Shown in pieces: positions 48,971 to 59,047 of a DNA stretch of 64,000 bases; position 1 is the stretch's first letter, and the number at the start of each line of letters is the position of its first letter. The translations under genes were made by a program, and so were the position numbers. The stretch spans positions 608,001 to 672,000 of the forward strand of contig CAVRAG010000007.1 in NCBI GenBank assembly GCA_963718895.1. The letters run 5' to 3'. The notes under the pieces are model-generated. The model was not told the origin of the DNA. It made no database searches and saw only the letters and a list, made by a program, of their open reading frames with translations. The stretch comes from an uncultured Nitrososphaerota archaeon. GTDB lineage: Archaea; Thermoproteota; Nitrososphaeria; Nitrososphaerales; Gagatemarchaeaceae.

Positions 48971-50236
48971 CTATGGGGACCCCTTCTGGAACTGCCCCAA
49001 GCTCACTGGCTTCAGTATGGGAGGCTTTGTCATGAGCATTATCTGCTTAGTCGTGTAGCCCTCCCCGTAGAAGTTGCCCATGTTTACGCCGTTGTTGCCC
49101 GTGAGGATCCAGCCGACCATCCCCTTGTTGCCGCCATACATTGGGTCCATCGTGAACCCGCTGTAGACCATGAAGAAGAGCTCGTAGAAGAAGTCAGAAG
49201 GCAGTATGTCGTTGAACGCTGCCTGCTTGGGCACGTTGTTGTACAGGTCCTGCAGACACTTGACCTGGTTGGCCGATGACAGGGCCTCGAAGTTGCCGCC
49301 GTACGCGCTGTTCGCGTATGACTCGAGCGCCTGGAGACCAAGGTGCCAGAAGTATCTCAGGTTGAAGTTGTATTGATACCGCATCCCGTTGTCGGGGACC
49401 GTCTTCATCGTTCCGGCGGAGAAGGTGGTGTTCGTCCCTACGGTGTAGGCCTGGCCGTTCGCTGCCGTGAAGATTCGGGGTGTCTCGCCCGGCGTGACCG
49501 GAGTCGTCAGGTCGTGCTGGATGAACGGGCCCTGCATGTACATGTGACCGCTCGTCCCGTATTTCCCCGCCAGCTGGCCATCGATGAAATAGGCGCAACC
49601 TGCGTCTGCCCCTCCGGGACCATTGCTGTCCGTCGGTATGAAAGTCTCGGCAATCGCGTTAACGAGTGGCACTTCGTTAACCCCGAGAATCTGAAATGCG
49701 GCATAACTGTCGACCGCCGCCTGCAGCGTACTGGCCGTCGCGTTCGCGCTCGACACTGAAGAATTCAGGGATGTGACCTGGCCGCTGAGGCTCGTAATCT
49801 GCCCGTTGGCGCTCGTGAGGGCCTGCTGGGTCGCCGTGAGCTGAGCATTTGCGGTGCTCAACTGCGCACTCACCCCACTCAGCTGCGAGTTGGCGCTGCT
49901 GAGCTGAGCCTGGGTCGAGGTCAGCTGGTTGTTCAGCGAGGAGACCTGCCCCTGCGCCGAGGAGAGCTGGGACGCCGTCGAGTTGAGCTGGGCCTGCGTA
50001 GACGAGAGCTGCTCCTGGGTCGAAGAGAGCTGACCCTGCGTCGAGGAGAGCTGGTTCTGCAGAGCCGCGACCGAGCTGCTCGAGCTGCTGTTGTTTCCAC
50101 CTATCACGCTGCCGTAGTAGGGTACCTCCACCACGGTTGCAATCGCGGCACCCGCGACAACGCCGGCGCCGATCTTTAGGAACGTCCTGCGGTCAGCAGG
50201 TTTTGGCTGCCCGCCAGACTGGCTGCTGTCTGCCAT
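48971..50236 (-). CDS. Gluconate-2-dehydrogenase subunit-3-like protein with a Tat signal and an inserted coiled coil
   Basis: DRRTFLK, heptad region, then IAETFIP.D.NGPG, YFIDGQLAG, DPMYGGNKGMVGW. Confidence 0.88.
   Translation of the reverse strand: MADSSQSGGQPKPADRRTFLKIGAGVVAGAAIATVVEVPYYGSVIGGNNSSSSSSVAALQNQLSSTQGQLSSTQEQLSSTQAQLNSTASQLSSAQGQVSSLNNQLTSTQAQLSSANSQLSGVSAQLSTANAQLTATQQALTSANGQITSLSGQVTSLNSSVSSANATASTLQAAVDSYAAFQILGVNEVPLVNAIAETFIPTDSNGPGGADAGCAYFIDGQLAGKYGTSGHMYMQGPFIQHDLTTPVTPGETPRIFTAANGQAYTVGTNTTFSAGTMKTVPDNGMRYQYNFNLRYFWHLGLQALESYANSAYGGNFEALSSANQVKCLQDLYNNVPKQAAFNDILPSDFFYELFFMVYSGFTMDPMYGGNKGMVGWILTGNNGVNMGNFYGEGYTTKQIMLMTKPPILKPVSLGQFQKGSP
49720..50070 (-). repeat. 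Degenerate 21-bp tandem repeats encoding QLSSTQx heptads
   Basis: QLSSTQG QLSSTQE QLSSTQA QLNSTAS QLSSAQG QVSSLNN QLTSTQA QLSSANS..., with recurring GAGCTG on the + strand at multiples of 21 nt. Confidence 0.85.
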
Positions 50237-50284
50237 GCGCAATACATATGTTATATTCCTATATACAGAATATGCCAACCATAC

Positions 50285-50296
50285 GTTGTATACAAC
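50285..50296. promoter_or_regulatory. Perfect palindrome GTTGTATACAAC upstream of the dehydrogenase operon
   Basis: Lies in an AT-rich intergenic stretch, 49 bp from ATG 50236. Confidence 0.5.
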
Positions 50297-50418
50297 TAAA
50301 GTTTGTAGACCGACTGGGAGCACTTATCGAGGAAGCCAGAAGTTGAACTCGTCGGAAGAGACGAGAAAATTGTGGGTTATGTCCCCGTAACATGGAGGAA
50401 TACTATCGTTCAGCAAAC

Positions 50419-50991
50419 CTATCTGAATGACTCTATCCTCGACTCTTTTTCCGCCGCTATCTCGGCGATGGAGCGCTTGCTCACCGCCGAGTAGTCGTAG
50501 TCCTTGGCGTCATGTCCCGGCTTCGAATGCGGATCCTTGTGCTTAATCAAAAGCCAGGATTCCCTGCCGCCAAACCCCTTCGTCCGGACAAGGGCGAACG
50601 AACCACGAAGTTTCTTCCCGTACAGGGTGAACTTGACATTTCCCTTCTTCAGGCTCTCGGCCGCGACCTTCTCAGCCTCCCCGGCGTCTGTGACCTCTCT
50701 CCTGACGCCCTTGGTCACCTCGATTTCAGGGTTGTAGGTCCCTTCGTCCCATATCATCACTGGTCCTGCGCCGTAGCCCGGGGGGAGCACCCCCTCGAAG
50801 TGCCGATACTCCAGGTCGTGGTCGCCCGTAGGCATCGCAAGGCGCTTGACGCCGCTGTCCAAGGACGGTCCCTTGGGGACGGACCAGGAAGGCATGACAC
50901 CCCCTATCTCCAATCGGAAGTCATAGTGAAGCGAGGTAGCTTTGTGCTTCTGCACTACGAAAGCGAGTCTTCCCTTCTTCGTCTCCTTCAA
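50419..50991 (-). CDS. Stand-alone LigD 3'-phosphoesterase (PE) domain
   Basis: FVVQKHKATSLHYDFRLE, SWSVPKGPS, KRLAM, FEG, GAGPVMIWDEG, WLLIKH. Confidence 0.92.
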   Translation of the reverse strand: MKETKKGRLAFVVQKHKATSLHYDFRLEIGGVMPSWSVPKGPSLDSGVKRLAMPTGDHDLEYRHFEGVLPPGYGAGPVMIWDEGTYNPEIEVTKGVRREVTDAGEAEKVAAESLKKGNVKFTLYGKKLRGSFALVRTKGFGGRESWLLIKHKDPHSKPGHDAKDYDYSAVSKRSIAEIAAEKESRIESFR

Positions 50992-51119
50992 GTGACAAGC
51001 CACCTCACGAACCGAAAGATAAGCTTCGTCCACCTGGAGCACCAGCTGCCCGTCACAACCGTCCGTCTGTTCGGCCGATGAATACATTTTAGAAGAGCGA
51101 CCCAGCGGATAGGATCAAG

Positions 51120-51446
51120 TTGAACCAGCCGAAGGTAGCAGACTTCCGGAGGATCGGCAACACGGTCTACACCGGAGGCGTGACAGGAAAACCCGGGGAC
51201 GTTCCCATGCAGATCAGAGACATAATGAAGAAGCTGCAGGCGACTTTGGAGCAAGCTGGAGCAAGTCTGGATACAGTCGTGAAGGCGACCGTCTATCTCG
51301 CGTACATGCCGGACTGCGAGCAGTACCTGAATCCGATGTGGAACGAGTACTTCGGCGATAACCCACCCGCTAGGACGGTCCTCCAGACGGGCCTTGAGAA
51401 TGGGATCTTCGTCAAGATCGAGTTGGTCGCGGAAGCTCACGGCTAA
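51120..51446 (+). CDS. RidA/YjgF-family protein
   Basis: VVKATVYL, WNEYFGDNPPART. Confidence 0.9.
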   Translation: MNQPKVADFRRIGNTVYTGGVTGKPGDVPMQIRDIMKKLQATLEQAGASLDTVVKATVYLAYMPDCEQYLNPMWNEYFGDNPPARTVLQTGLENGIFVKIELVAEAHG

Positions 51447-51565
51447 AACCGTCGAACCACGCTCCCTCCGCACCTCGACTGTTGTCGCTCTCAGGGCCGA
51501 GTTTCCTGGGCCTCGTCCCGGCGGCGGGGCAATCGCATAAAAAGAACGCAGAGGTAGTCTGCCCG

Positions 51566-52666
51566 ATGGCAGAGCCCTGGCGAGATGTGACCCGCTGGAG
51601 GAGAGAGCTTCTTCACGACATCGCCCGACTCGACTGGTCGCGCCTTGACACGACGACAGGTGTGAGGGCCGCGCTCTTCGTGGTCACCCCGATGATGGTC
51701 GGAGCTGCGACCGGCAATCTGCTCCAAGGGCTATACGCGACCGTGGGCGCGAACTTCCTGGTGAACACAGAGGGAAGCGGCCCAAACGCGACCAAGTTGA
51801 AGATCCTTGCGGCGGCATGCCTGATAGAACCTGTTGCGATGGCGCTCGGGACACTCACGGGGTCTACGGGACTCCTCGCGGTCCCTCTCGTGAGCCTCGG
51901 AGTCTTCCTGTTCCTGCTGGCGAAGACATCGACCTCCTGGGCGCAGGTCGCCCTGGTGGCTGCTGTCGTCTTTGTCGTGGGGGTCGGACTCCCGGGAGCC
52001 ACCGTCTCTGACTCGGTCGAGAGGCTCTGGACTCTGATGGCGGGCGATGTGTGGGTCTTGCTCGGGATAGCCTTCCAGCGATCGCGCCAACCCCCGGTCG
52101 GCACTCCCGGAGGTCCCAGGGTGGCGCCGCAGGATTCACGCCACCTGCACCCGTTCCTTGGCGACCTGTCCCAGCATCCGGAGGTCTTGGGCCAGGCATT
52201 CGTGACCGCCATAGCAGCGGCGATCGGGCTGGCCATAGGGATCGCGCTCCACCTTCCAAGGGACATCTGGATCATGGTCACGATCATAATCGCCATACGC
52301 CCAGGGATCGGGCCCACAATCAACTCCACGATCGTGCTCGCCGTCGGCACGGTCTTCGGAGCCATGATCGCAGCCGCGGTAACCCTGGAGGTAACCAGCC
52401 TCTTCATCCTCGCGGCTCTGCTCTTCCTCTTCGCCTTCGGGATGTTCGCATCCCGATTCGTCAATCAAGCGCTCTTCCAGGCCCTCGTAACCCCCTTCCT
52501 GATCGTGCTACTGAACATCATCTACCCCGGGGACTGGTGGTTCGCTTTCGCCCGGATAGCCGACGTCGCGGTCGGAGGGGTCGTGGCGGTGCTCGTCGTG
52601 TACCTCCACTACCTGGAACTCAGTCTAGTAGGTTCGCGAGGACAGGCGCACGTCACCTCCCGATGA
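51566..52666 (+). CDS. FUSC/ArAE-family membrane protein
   Basis: GVRAAL, WIMVTIIIAIRP, GTVFG, ARIADVAVGG. Confidence 0.8.
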   Translation: MAEPWRDVTRWRRELLHDIARLDWSRLDTTTGVRAALFVVTPMMVGAATGNLLQGLYATVGANFLVNTEGSGPNATKLKILAAACLIEPVAMALGTLTGSTGLLAVPLVSLGVFLFLLAKTSTSWAQVALVAAVVFVVGVGLPGATVSDSVERLWTLMAGDVWVLLGIAFQRSRQPPVGTPGGPRVAPQDSRHLHPFLGDLSQHPEVLGQAFVTAIAAAIGLAIGIALHLPRDIWIMVTIIIAIRPGIGPTINSTIVLAVGTVFGAMIAAAVTLEVTSLFILAALLFLFAFGMFASRFVNQALFQALVTPFLIVLLNIIYPGDWWFAFARIADVAVGGVVAVLVVYLHYLELSLVGSRGQAHVTSR

Positions 52667-52740
52667 GATAGGAGGACGACACATCGCCCTCCCTCGGTCA
52701 TACTCCTTGTTATATCCCGGGTGCTGGCGTCGAGACAGGC

Positions 52741-53031
52741 TTGGCCGGAGCCACCGATGGGAAGGAACCGAAACACCAGCGACCGCCGAGGTCTGATGCC
52801 AACCTGTACCTGACGGTCGCGGCGCCGATCTTCTTCGGCTTATTCTTCGTTGAGTACCTGCCTCTCTTCGCGGTCGGTTACTGGTCTTGGAGCGGAGCGG
52901 TCCACAAGATACTTTCCGGGGCCATCCTCATCCTGAACCTTCTCATCGCCGAGTACTCGGTCAGGAGGTCGCGCGCCCGTGACAGAATCCGGAGCGCGGC
53001 GACGACCGGATCTCGGGGTGAGCATTCATGA
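52741..53031 (+). CDS. Small two-TM hypothetical protein
   Basis: TTG start about 30 nt after TTATAT; two hydrophobic segments. Confidence 0.55.
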   Translation: MAGATDGKEPKHQRPPRSDANLYLTVAAPIFFGLFFVEYLPLFAVGYWSWSGAVHKILSGAILILNLLIAEYSVRRSRARDRIRSAATTGSRGEHS

Positions 53032-53168
53032 GAAGGGCTGCCTGAGTGTGGACGCGGCGGCCTTCAAGACCTGGATGTCTTTCAAATCCTAGGAGGGGAA
53101 GACCGGACATCCTCGAGCAAGATCGCATCCCAGCTTAAGTACAGGTCGACTCTAACAAGGGAACGGCA

Positions 53169-55244
53169 TTGAGCAAGAAAACGAGCCTTGGTCTTGCGTC
53201 CTCTGCTTTCACCGCCGTATCCCCTCCTGAGATCGGTCCTCGCTTCATATCCGGCAGAGGGAGGTTCATCGAAGACCTTCGCCTCGACGGGATGCTCCAT
53301 CTGAAACTCGTGCGGAGCCCCCATGCGAGGGCGAGGGTCACGAAGGTCAAGGGCGGGATAAACGGCTCTGAGTTCAAGGCGAACCTGACCGCCGTCGGCG
53401 AGGGCGCCTGGGGAGGCGGTCCCCCCACCGCGCCGTTCCCCGCGCTGGCCTCGGACTACGTCAGCTACGTCGGTCAGCCCGTGGCGGCGGTCTTCGACGC
53501 CGATCCGTATCGGGCAGAGGACCTTACAGAGGCGGTGGAGGTCGACTATGAACCTCTGAAGCCTCTGGTCGACCCAGAGAGGGCGTCGACCTTTGAGCCG
53601 ATACACCCTGGGACAAGATCGAACATCGTGAACAGCGTCCAGTCCGGACAGGATTTCGAGGTCTCGGCCCCGGTCGTCCTCGAGGACGAGTTCGTCAATG
53701 AGAGGATTTGTCCGAACCCGATGGAGACAAGGGGGCTGGTGGCCTACTATGACGGCTCCAGGCTCACCGTCTGGGCGTCGACCCAGTCCGTCCACTCCTG
53801 GAAGGGCGGGATATGCAGCGCCATGCAGCTCCCGCGGGAGGCCGTGAGGGTCATCCAGGTGGACACCGGAGGCGCCTTCGGGTGCAAGAGCGGATTCTAT
53901 CCGGAGTACGCGGCCGCGTGCTACGTCTCGATGAAGACGCGCCACCCGGTCAAGTGGATAGAGACGAGGTCAGAGCACCTTCAGGTCACGGGCCAAGGCA
54001 GGGGCGCGAGGGGAAGGATGAAGCTCTTCGCGGAACGCAGCGGCCGAGTCCTCGGGCTCAAGGGGGACATCCTCATCGACAGCGGAGCGTTCGCCCTGGG
54101 GGTCGCCGTCTTCGCCCCCAGGTTCATGAGCTCCCAGCTCACAGGTCCCTACGCGATCGAGAGAGGCTTCGTGACCGCCAGGTCTGTCTACACGAACAAG
54201 GCTCCCTACGGGCCCTACAGGGGGCAGGGAAGGCCCGAGGTCGCGTTCTTCCATGAGAGGATGATGGACATGCTCGCGGACGAACTGAAGATGGATCCCG
54301 TCGAAGTGAGGCTTAGGAACGTGAGCCCGAACCCATTCGTCTCACCACTGGGAGTTAAGATCGACGCCTACGAACCATTCCTCAAGGCTGCCGTGAGTGA
54401 GCTCGGATACTCGACGAGGGCGAAGGGAGAGGTCGGATTCTCAAGCTTCATCCTTTCGTCGGCGGTACAGCCGGGCGAGTCATGTAGGATTGCGATCAGG
54501 GGAGGCAAGCTGAGGGTCTGGCTGGGAGGCAGCGAGGGCGGGCAGGACTTCGAAGTCATCCCCAAGGTCATACTCTCAGAGGAGCTTGGCGTCCCCCAGG
54601 AGACAGTTGAGCTGCAACAGGGGGACACCGACCAGCTGGACCAGGGGATAGGTACATGGGGAAGCAGGACGGCCATCGTCGCGACCGGCGCGCTGGTCGA
54701 GGCGGCCGCCAAGATAAGAGACCAGGCACACGTCAAACTGGGCGACTACGTGCCCGATGAGCTCCTGAAGCATGAGTTCGACGTCACGGTCTTCCATCGC
54801 GAGACCGAGCAGGCCAACTCCTTCGGAGCGAACCTGGTGAGGGCGTCTCTCGATGGGGATACCGGCGAGGCGAAGGTCGAGGAGTGCATCGCATACTACG
54901 ACACCGGGAGGGTCCTGAGTCCCTACATGGTCCAGAGCCAGATAGTCGGCGGCTCGGCGCAGGGGATCGGTCAGGTCCTCTACGAGACCTCCGCGTACAG
55001 CGAGGACGGCAAGCCCCTCGTCGCCGCACTGGCAGACGCAGGTCCGATTCACACGACCCTGATGCCCACCATCATGGTGAGACTGGCGAGACAACCCCCG
55101 TCCCTTCCGCAGAGAGTGAAAGGGGTGGGCGAGGCTCCGACCGTGGGCGTGCCTCCCGCCCTAGTGAGGTCGATAGAGTCACTCCTCGGCAAGCGGCTGC
55201 GCAGGACGCCTCTGGAGCCGGAAGACCTTCGGGCCAAGCACTGA
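53169..55244 (+). CDS. Xanthine-dehydrogenase-family molybdopterin-binding large subunit (CutA/CoxL-like)
   Basis: VRSPHARA, NPMETRG, STQ, GGAFGCK, PYRGQGRPE, GTWGSR, QIVGG, KGVGEAP. Confidence 0.92.
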   Translation: MSKKTSLGLASSAFTAVSPPEIGPRFISGRGRFIEDLRLDGMLHLKLVRSPHARARVTKVKGGINGSEFKANLTAVGEGAWGGGPPTAPFPALASDYVSYVGQPVAAVFDADPYRAEDLTEAVEVDYEPLKPLVDPERASTFEPIHPGTRSNIVNSVQSGQDFEVSAPVVLEDEFVNERICPNPMETRGLVAYYDGSRLTVWASTQSVHSWKGGICSAMQLPREAVRVIQVDTGGAFGCKSGFYPEYAAACYVSMKTRHPVKWIETRSEHLQVTGQGRGARGRMKLFAERSGRVLGLKGDILIDSGAFALGVAVFAPRFMSSQLTGPYAIERGFVTARSVYTNKAPYGPYRGQGRPEVAFFHERMMDMLADELKMDPVEVRLRNVSPNPFVSPLGVKIDAYEPFLKAAVSELGYSTRAKGEVGFSSFILSSAVQPGESCRIAIRGGKLRVWLGGSEGGQDFEVIPKVILSEELGVPQETVELQQGDTDQLDQGIGTWGSRTAIVATGALVEAAAKIRDQAHVKLGDYVPDELLKHEFDVTVFHRETEQANSFGANLVRASLDGDTGEAKVEECIAYYDTGRVLSPYMVQSQIVGGSAQGIGQVLYETSAYSEDGKPLVAALADAGPIHTTLMPTIMVRLARQPPSLPQRVKGVGEAPTVGVPPALVRSIESLLGKRLRRTPLEPEDLRAKH

Positions 55245-55376
55245 CGTCGGCAGGACGACTCGCTCCACGAGATACGTCGTGGTTTATCCGCGTCTACCAT
55301 GGCTAGAGCGTCATCTGCGATCACGCGAAACGCTCGCTGCCATGGTATTAATAGAGCAGAGACCCGATTGTAGCCG

Positions 55377-55678
55377 ATGGCTCCTGTGGGAAGGCTCTTC
55401 AGATTCTCCGCGCGCGTCAGCAGCGACAACCCTCCCGCCGTCAAGCCTGTCCTCGAGCGAATCGTCGGCAGACGGGGCGAGATAAGGCCCATCGAGGGTG
55501 GATTCGAGATCCGGGGGAGCTAGAGGGAGAAAGCGCCAGAGAACTGAACCGCGTCCTGCTCTCGGAGATGCGCAGGGCCGAGAAGAGGACCAGAATGCGC
55601 GCAGAATGGACATCAGGAAAGACGGCCGAGAGGTTCTTCGACTACGTCCCGAAGGGCACCGGGAAACCGCAGACCTAG
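55377..55678 (+). CDS. Hypothetical protein (frameshift near 55515)
   Basis: MAPVGRLFRFSARVSSDNP...GFEIR / ELEGESARELNRVLLSEMRRAEKRTRMRAEW...FFDYVPKG; TATA-like TATTAATA upstream. Confidence 0.65.
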
Positions 55679-55686
55679 GGACAGGA

Positions 55687-57194
55687 GTGCTCGACTTGGA
55701 CAAGCCGGTCTCGGAGGGAAGATATCGGGCCGCGGCGCTGGCGATCGTGATGACGGGAGTGATGATGAGCGCCATCGACACCACCGCTGTCGTGCTCGGC
55801 CTGCCCGTCATGATGCAGGACCTTCACTCTGACATAGTCAGCATGATCTGGGTGATCATGTCCTATCTCCTGGTAATCACGATCTTCGGCACCCAGGTCG
55901 GGAGGCTCGGTGACATGTACGGGAGGGCGAAGATGTACAACCTCGGATTCGCCGTCTTCACGTTCGGGTCCCTCCTCTCCGGAATATCCTTGACGGGCCC
56001 CGAGCTGATTGCGTGCCGCGTGGTGCAGGGCGCGGGTGGCGCGTTGATATCCTCGAACAGCGGCGCGGTGATAGCCGACACATTCCCTGCGAACGAGAGA
56101 GGAAAGGCCTACGGCTTCACTGGTGTCGGCTGGTCCGTCGGCGCGATCCTCGGAATCCTCGTCGGGGGTGCATTTGTGACGTTTCTGAACTGGCGCTACA
56201 TCTTCTTCATCAACCTCCCGATCGGGATCGTCGCGACCGTGGCGGGGTACTCCGTCCTGAAGGAACGGTCTCCGAGGATAAAGGCGAAGATCGACCTCGT
56301 CGGGATGGGGCTGCTCGGCGCGGGTCTCTTTCTGGTGCTGCTCGGGCTGACGGACCTCACAGGCTCGGGGTGGTCGGCGACCTACGCCGCCGAGCTCGTC
56401 GCTGGCTTCGCCACCGTGGCGGCATTTATCCTCTACGAGAGACGGGTGGCGTCCCCGCTGGTTGACTTCGGCCTGCTTCGGCAGCGAATCCTCACAGCGT
56501 CGGTCTTCGCCGCGTTTTTTCAGGCCCTCGCGAGCTTCGCGGTGCTCTTCCTGGTCATAATGTACCTCCAGGGCCCTGGGGGCTCTCCCCGTTCAACGCG
56601 TCCCTCCTTCTCGTCCCCGGGTACGTCCTCGGCGCCATCGTCGCGCCTTTCGCGGGACGGTTCGCGGATAGGTTCGGGGCGAGGGTAATAGCGTCTCTGG
56701 GGCTGATCCTTCAGATCACCGGCATCCTCGTCTACTCGACGCTCTCCCTAGGGTCCTCGCTGGATGTGGTGGTCCTGGGCTCGATCGTGACCGGGGCAGG
56801 TTCGAGTTCCTTCTTCCCGGCCAACAACAGCGCGGTCATGGCCAGCGCCCCACGCAACGCGTACGGGGTCGCTTCCGGGTTGCTCCGGACGTTCTCCAAC
56901 ATAGGGATGGTCAGCAGCTTCGCGATGGCGCTCCTGATCGCCTCCCTGTCCATCTCACGCCAGATGGCGTTCTCGATCTTCCTCGGCGTCGGCAAGATAT
57001 CCGGGACGCTCTCGGCGGCCTTTGTGCAGGGCATGCACTCGGCTCTGGAGGCCTCCATCGCCCTGCTCGCAGTCGCGCTGTTGCTCTCCATTACGCGAGG
57101 GAAGGAGGTACGGACGGACAGGCGGACTGGCGAGGGAACGTCGAGAGAGTCGGTCCCTCAGACTCCTACCGCGCCAGCTCGCGAGAAGACCTGA
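55687..57194 (+). CDS. DHA2-type MFS transporter (frameshift near 56580)
   Basis: IDTTAVVLGLP, GRLGDMYGR, WRYIFFINLPIG, FFPANNSAVM. Confidence 0.92.
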
Positions 57195-57269
57195 GAGACG
57201 CCTTCGGCCCCATGGGAGTTCTTGGAGGTTGGAGACCTTAGCTACTCGCGGCCCGTCTTTCGCACACGA

Positions 57270-57686
57270 TTCCCGGCGTAAGCGTAGTCACGCTGGGCGT
57301 GAAGGACCTACTCGTTCGATTGGCTTCTACAAGGGGGACTTGGGTGGCCCGCTGACCCAAATGAAGCAGATGGGATAGTGTCCTTCCAGCTGAACGAGAT
57401 GGTGCTGGCGCTCTATCCCAGGGAGAGTCTGGCAGAGGACGCCGCGGTGAGCGAGAAGGGGCGGGTTCTCCTGCGTGACGCTGGCGCACAACACAAGGAA
57501 CGAGAAGGAAGTCGATGCCATCTTCAGGGGCCTGAGGGCATGGGAGCGAGCATAACCAAGAGACCGCGGAAGGCCGAGTGGGGAAGCTACAGCGGACACC
57601 TTGTCGATCCTGACGGATACCTGCGGGAGGTCGTTTACAACCCCCAATGGAAGGTCGACAGCAAGACCAGGGTCACGCTTCCCTAG
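57270..57686 (+). CDS. VOC/glyoxalase-family protein (several frameshifts; start uncertain)
   Basis: VSVVTLGVKD..., WGSYSGHLVDPDGYLREVVYNP. Confidence 0.75.
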
Positions 57687-57766
57687 GGAAGGGTCCAGGA
57701 ACCTATTCTCGAATTCCCGGCTCCCAGCCAAAGGGCTTTATCCCGAACCCAACTGTCTCGGCGACC

Positions 57767-58948
57767 ATGGCGGACAGGGATACTCCGAAGGGCAGGAGGC
57801 TCGACTTCTCCCGCAGGCTCAAAAGGAAGGGGATAGGCATGGCCGTGGTCTCGAATCCCCGGCACATCCTCTACCTGACAGGTCTCGCGTCCAACATGGA
57901 CATGTACCTCACTCTGCAGAAGGGCCAGCGCTCCACCTCCTTCCTGGCGGTCTCCAGCGAAGGGGACAGTTCGCTCTTCCTCGGCGAGTCCGAGACCAAA
58001 AGTCCGTTCACGGGTGCACGGGCCCTCCTCGCAGAGGGCTTCGACGGCTCGGTCTTCACCTATCCCGACTACGACCTCGACATCCGTATGGTCGCCTATG
58101 CCCCCGACCTCTGGAGAGAGATGGGCAGGTGGCTCCGGAGCACTGCCGCGGGCATGCCGAAGAGGATCGGCATCGAGGAGTGGAACTTGGCCGCGGGATA
58201 CCGCGCAGCCATCGAGAAGGCCTGTCCCCCCTCGTCGATCGTCGGCGTCTCCGAGACCCTCATGGATATGCGCCGGACAAAGGGCAGCGACGAGCTCTCG
58301 AGCCTGAGGGAGGCGACCATGATGCTTGACCTCGCGTTCGGGGTCGCGAAGGAGAATGTCCGGGAGGGAAAGACCGAGCTCGACCTGTACCGTGAGATGA
58401 ACCACGCCACGTTCGAGAAGTACGGCCCCTTCGGGTGGGTGACCGGCGACGTGGTCTCGGGCGAGAGGTCGCTCGAGGTCGGGGGCCCCGCGACCTCGCG
58501 AAGGCTCACCGACGGGGACACCGTGATCCTCGACCTCCAGGCATCGGCGGGCGGCTACTGGTCTGACCTCGCGAGGACCTTCGTCGTGGGGAGACCCAGC
58601 GCGAAGCAGAGGAAGACCCATGAGACACTGATCAAGGCCAAGGAGAGAGCGGCGGAGATGCTCACACCGGGGACCCGCGCCAGGAGCATCCACGAAGCCG
58701 TGGACAGGGTGCTGACCGAGGGGGGGTACGACCGAATGAAGCACCATACGGGCCACGGGATCGGCCTGGACTCCCAGGAGGCACCGTGGATAATCCGCGG
58801 CTCGAACGACACCATCAAGGAGAGCGACGTCTGCGTGATAGAGCCCGGAACCTACGTAAAGGACGTCGGCGGGATCCGCGTCGAGGACTGTTATCTCGTC
58901 ACCAAGCACGGGAGCGAGAGGGTCTCCCAGTCCCCCGTCGACCTTTGA
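57767..58948 (+). CDS. M24 (Xaa-Pro) peptidase family
   Basis: YLTG, VILDL, YWSDLART, HHTGHGIG, IEPG, GIRVED. Confidence 0.93.
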   Translation: MADRDTPKGRRLDFSRRLKRKGIGMAVVSNPRHILYLTGLASNMDMYLTLQKGQRSTSFLAVSSEGDSSLFLGESETKSPFTGARALLAEGFDGSVFTYPDYDLDIRMVAYAPDLWREMGRWLRSTAAGMPKRIGIEEWNLAAGYRAAIEKACPPSSIVGVSETLMDMRRTKGSDELSSLREATMMLDLAFGVAKENVREGKTELDLYREMNHATFEKYGPFGWVTGDVVSGERSLEVGGPATSRRLTDGDTVILDLQASAGGYWSDLARTFVVGRPSAKQRKTHETLIKAKERAAEMLTPGTRARSIHEAVDRVLTEGGYDRMKHHTGHGIGLDSQEAPWIIRGSNDTIKESDVCVIEPGTYVKDVGGIRVEDCYLVTKHGSERVSQSPVDL

Positions 58949-59047
58949 CGGTCGTCTGCAGGACGCCGACCGACGCTAGCTTAAGACCTCTGCCGGTGCC
59001 CCCTCGCGACAGGCCGATAGCATGGCTTCAGTGAGACGCTGACTTCG

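Noticed and set aside
49720-50070. CRISPR array
   Set aside because: The repeats are contiguous in-frame 21-mers without unique spacers. No array or cas gene was seen anywhere in the window.
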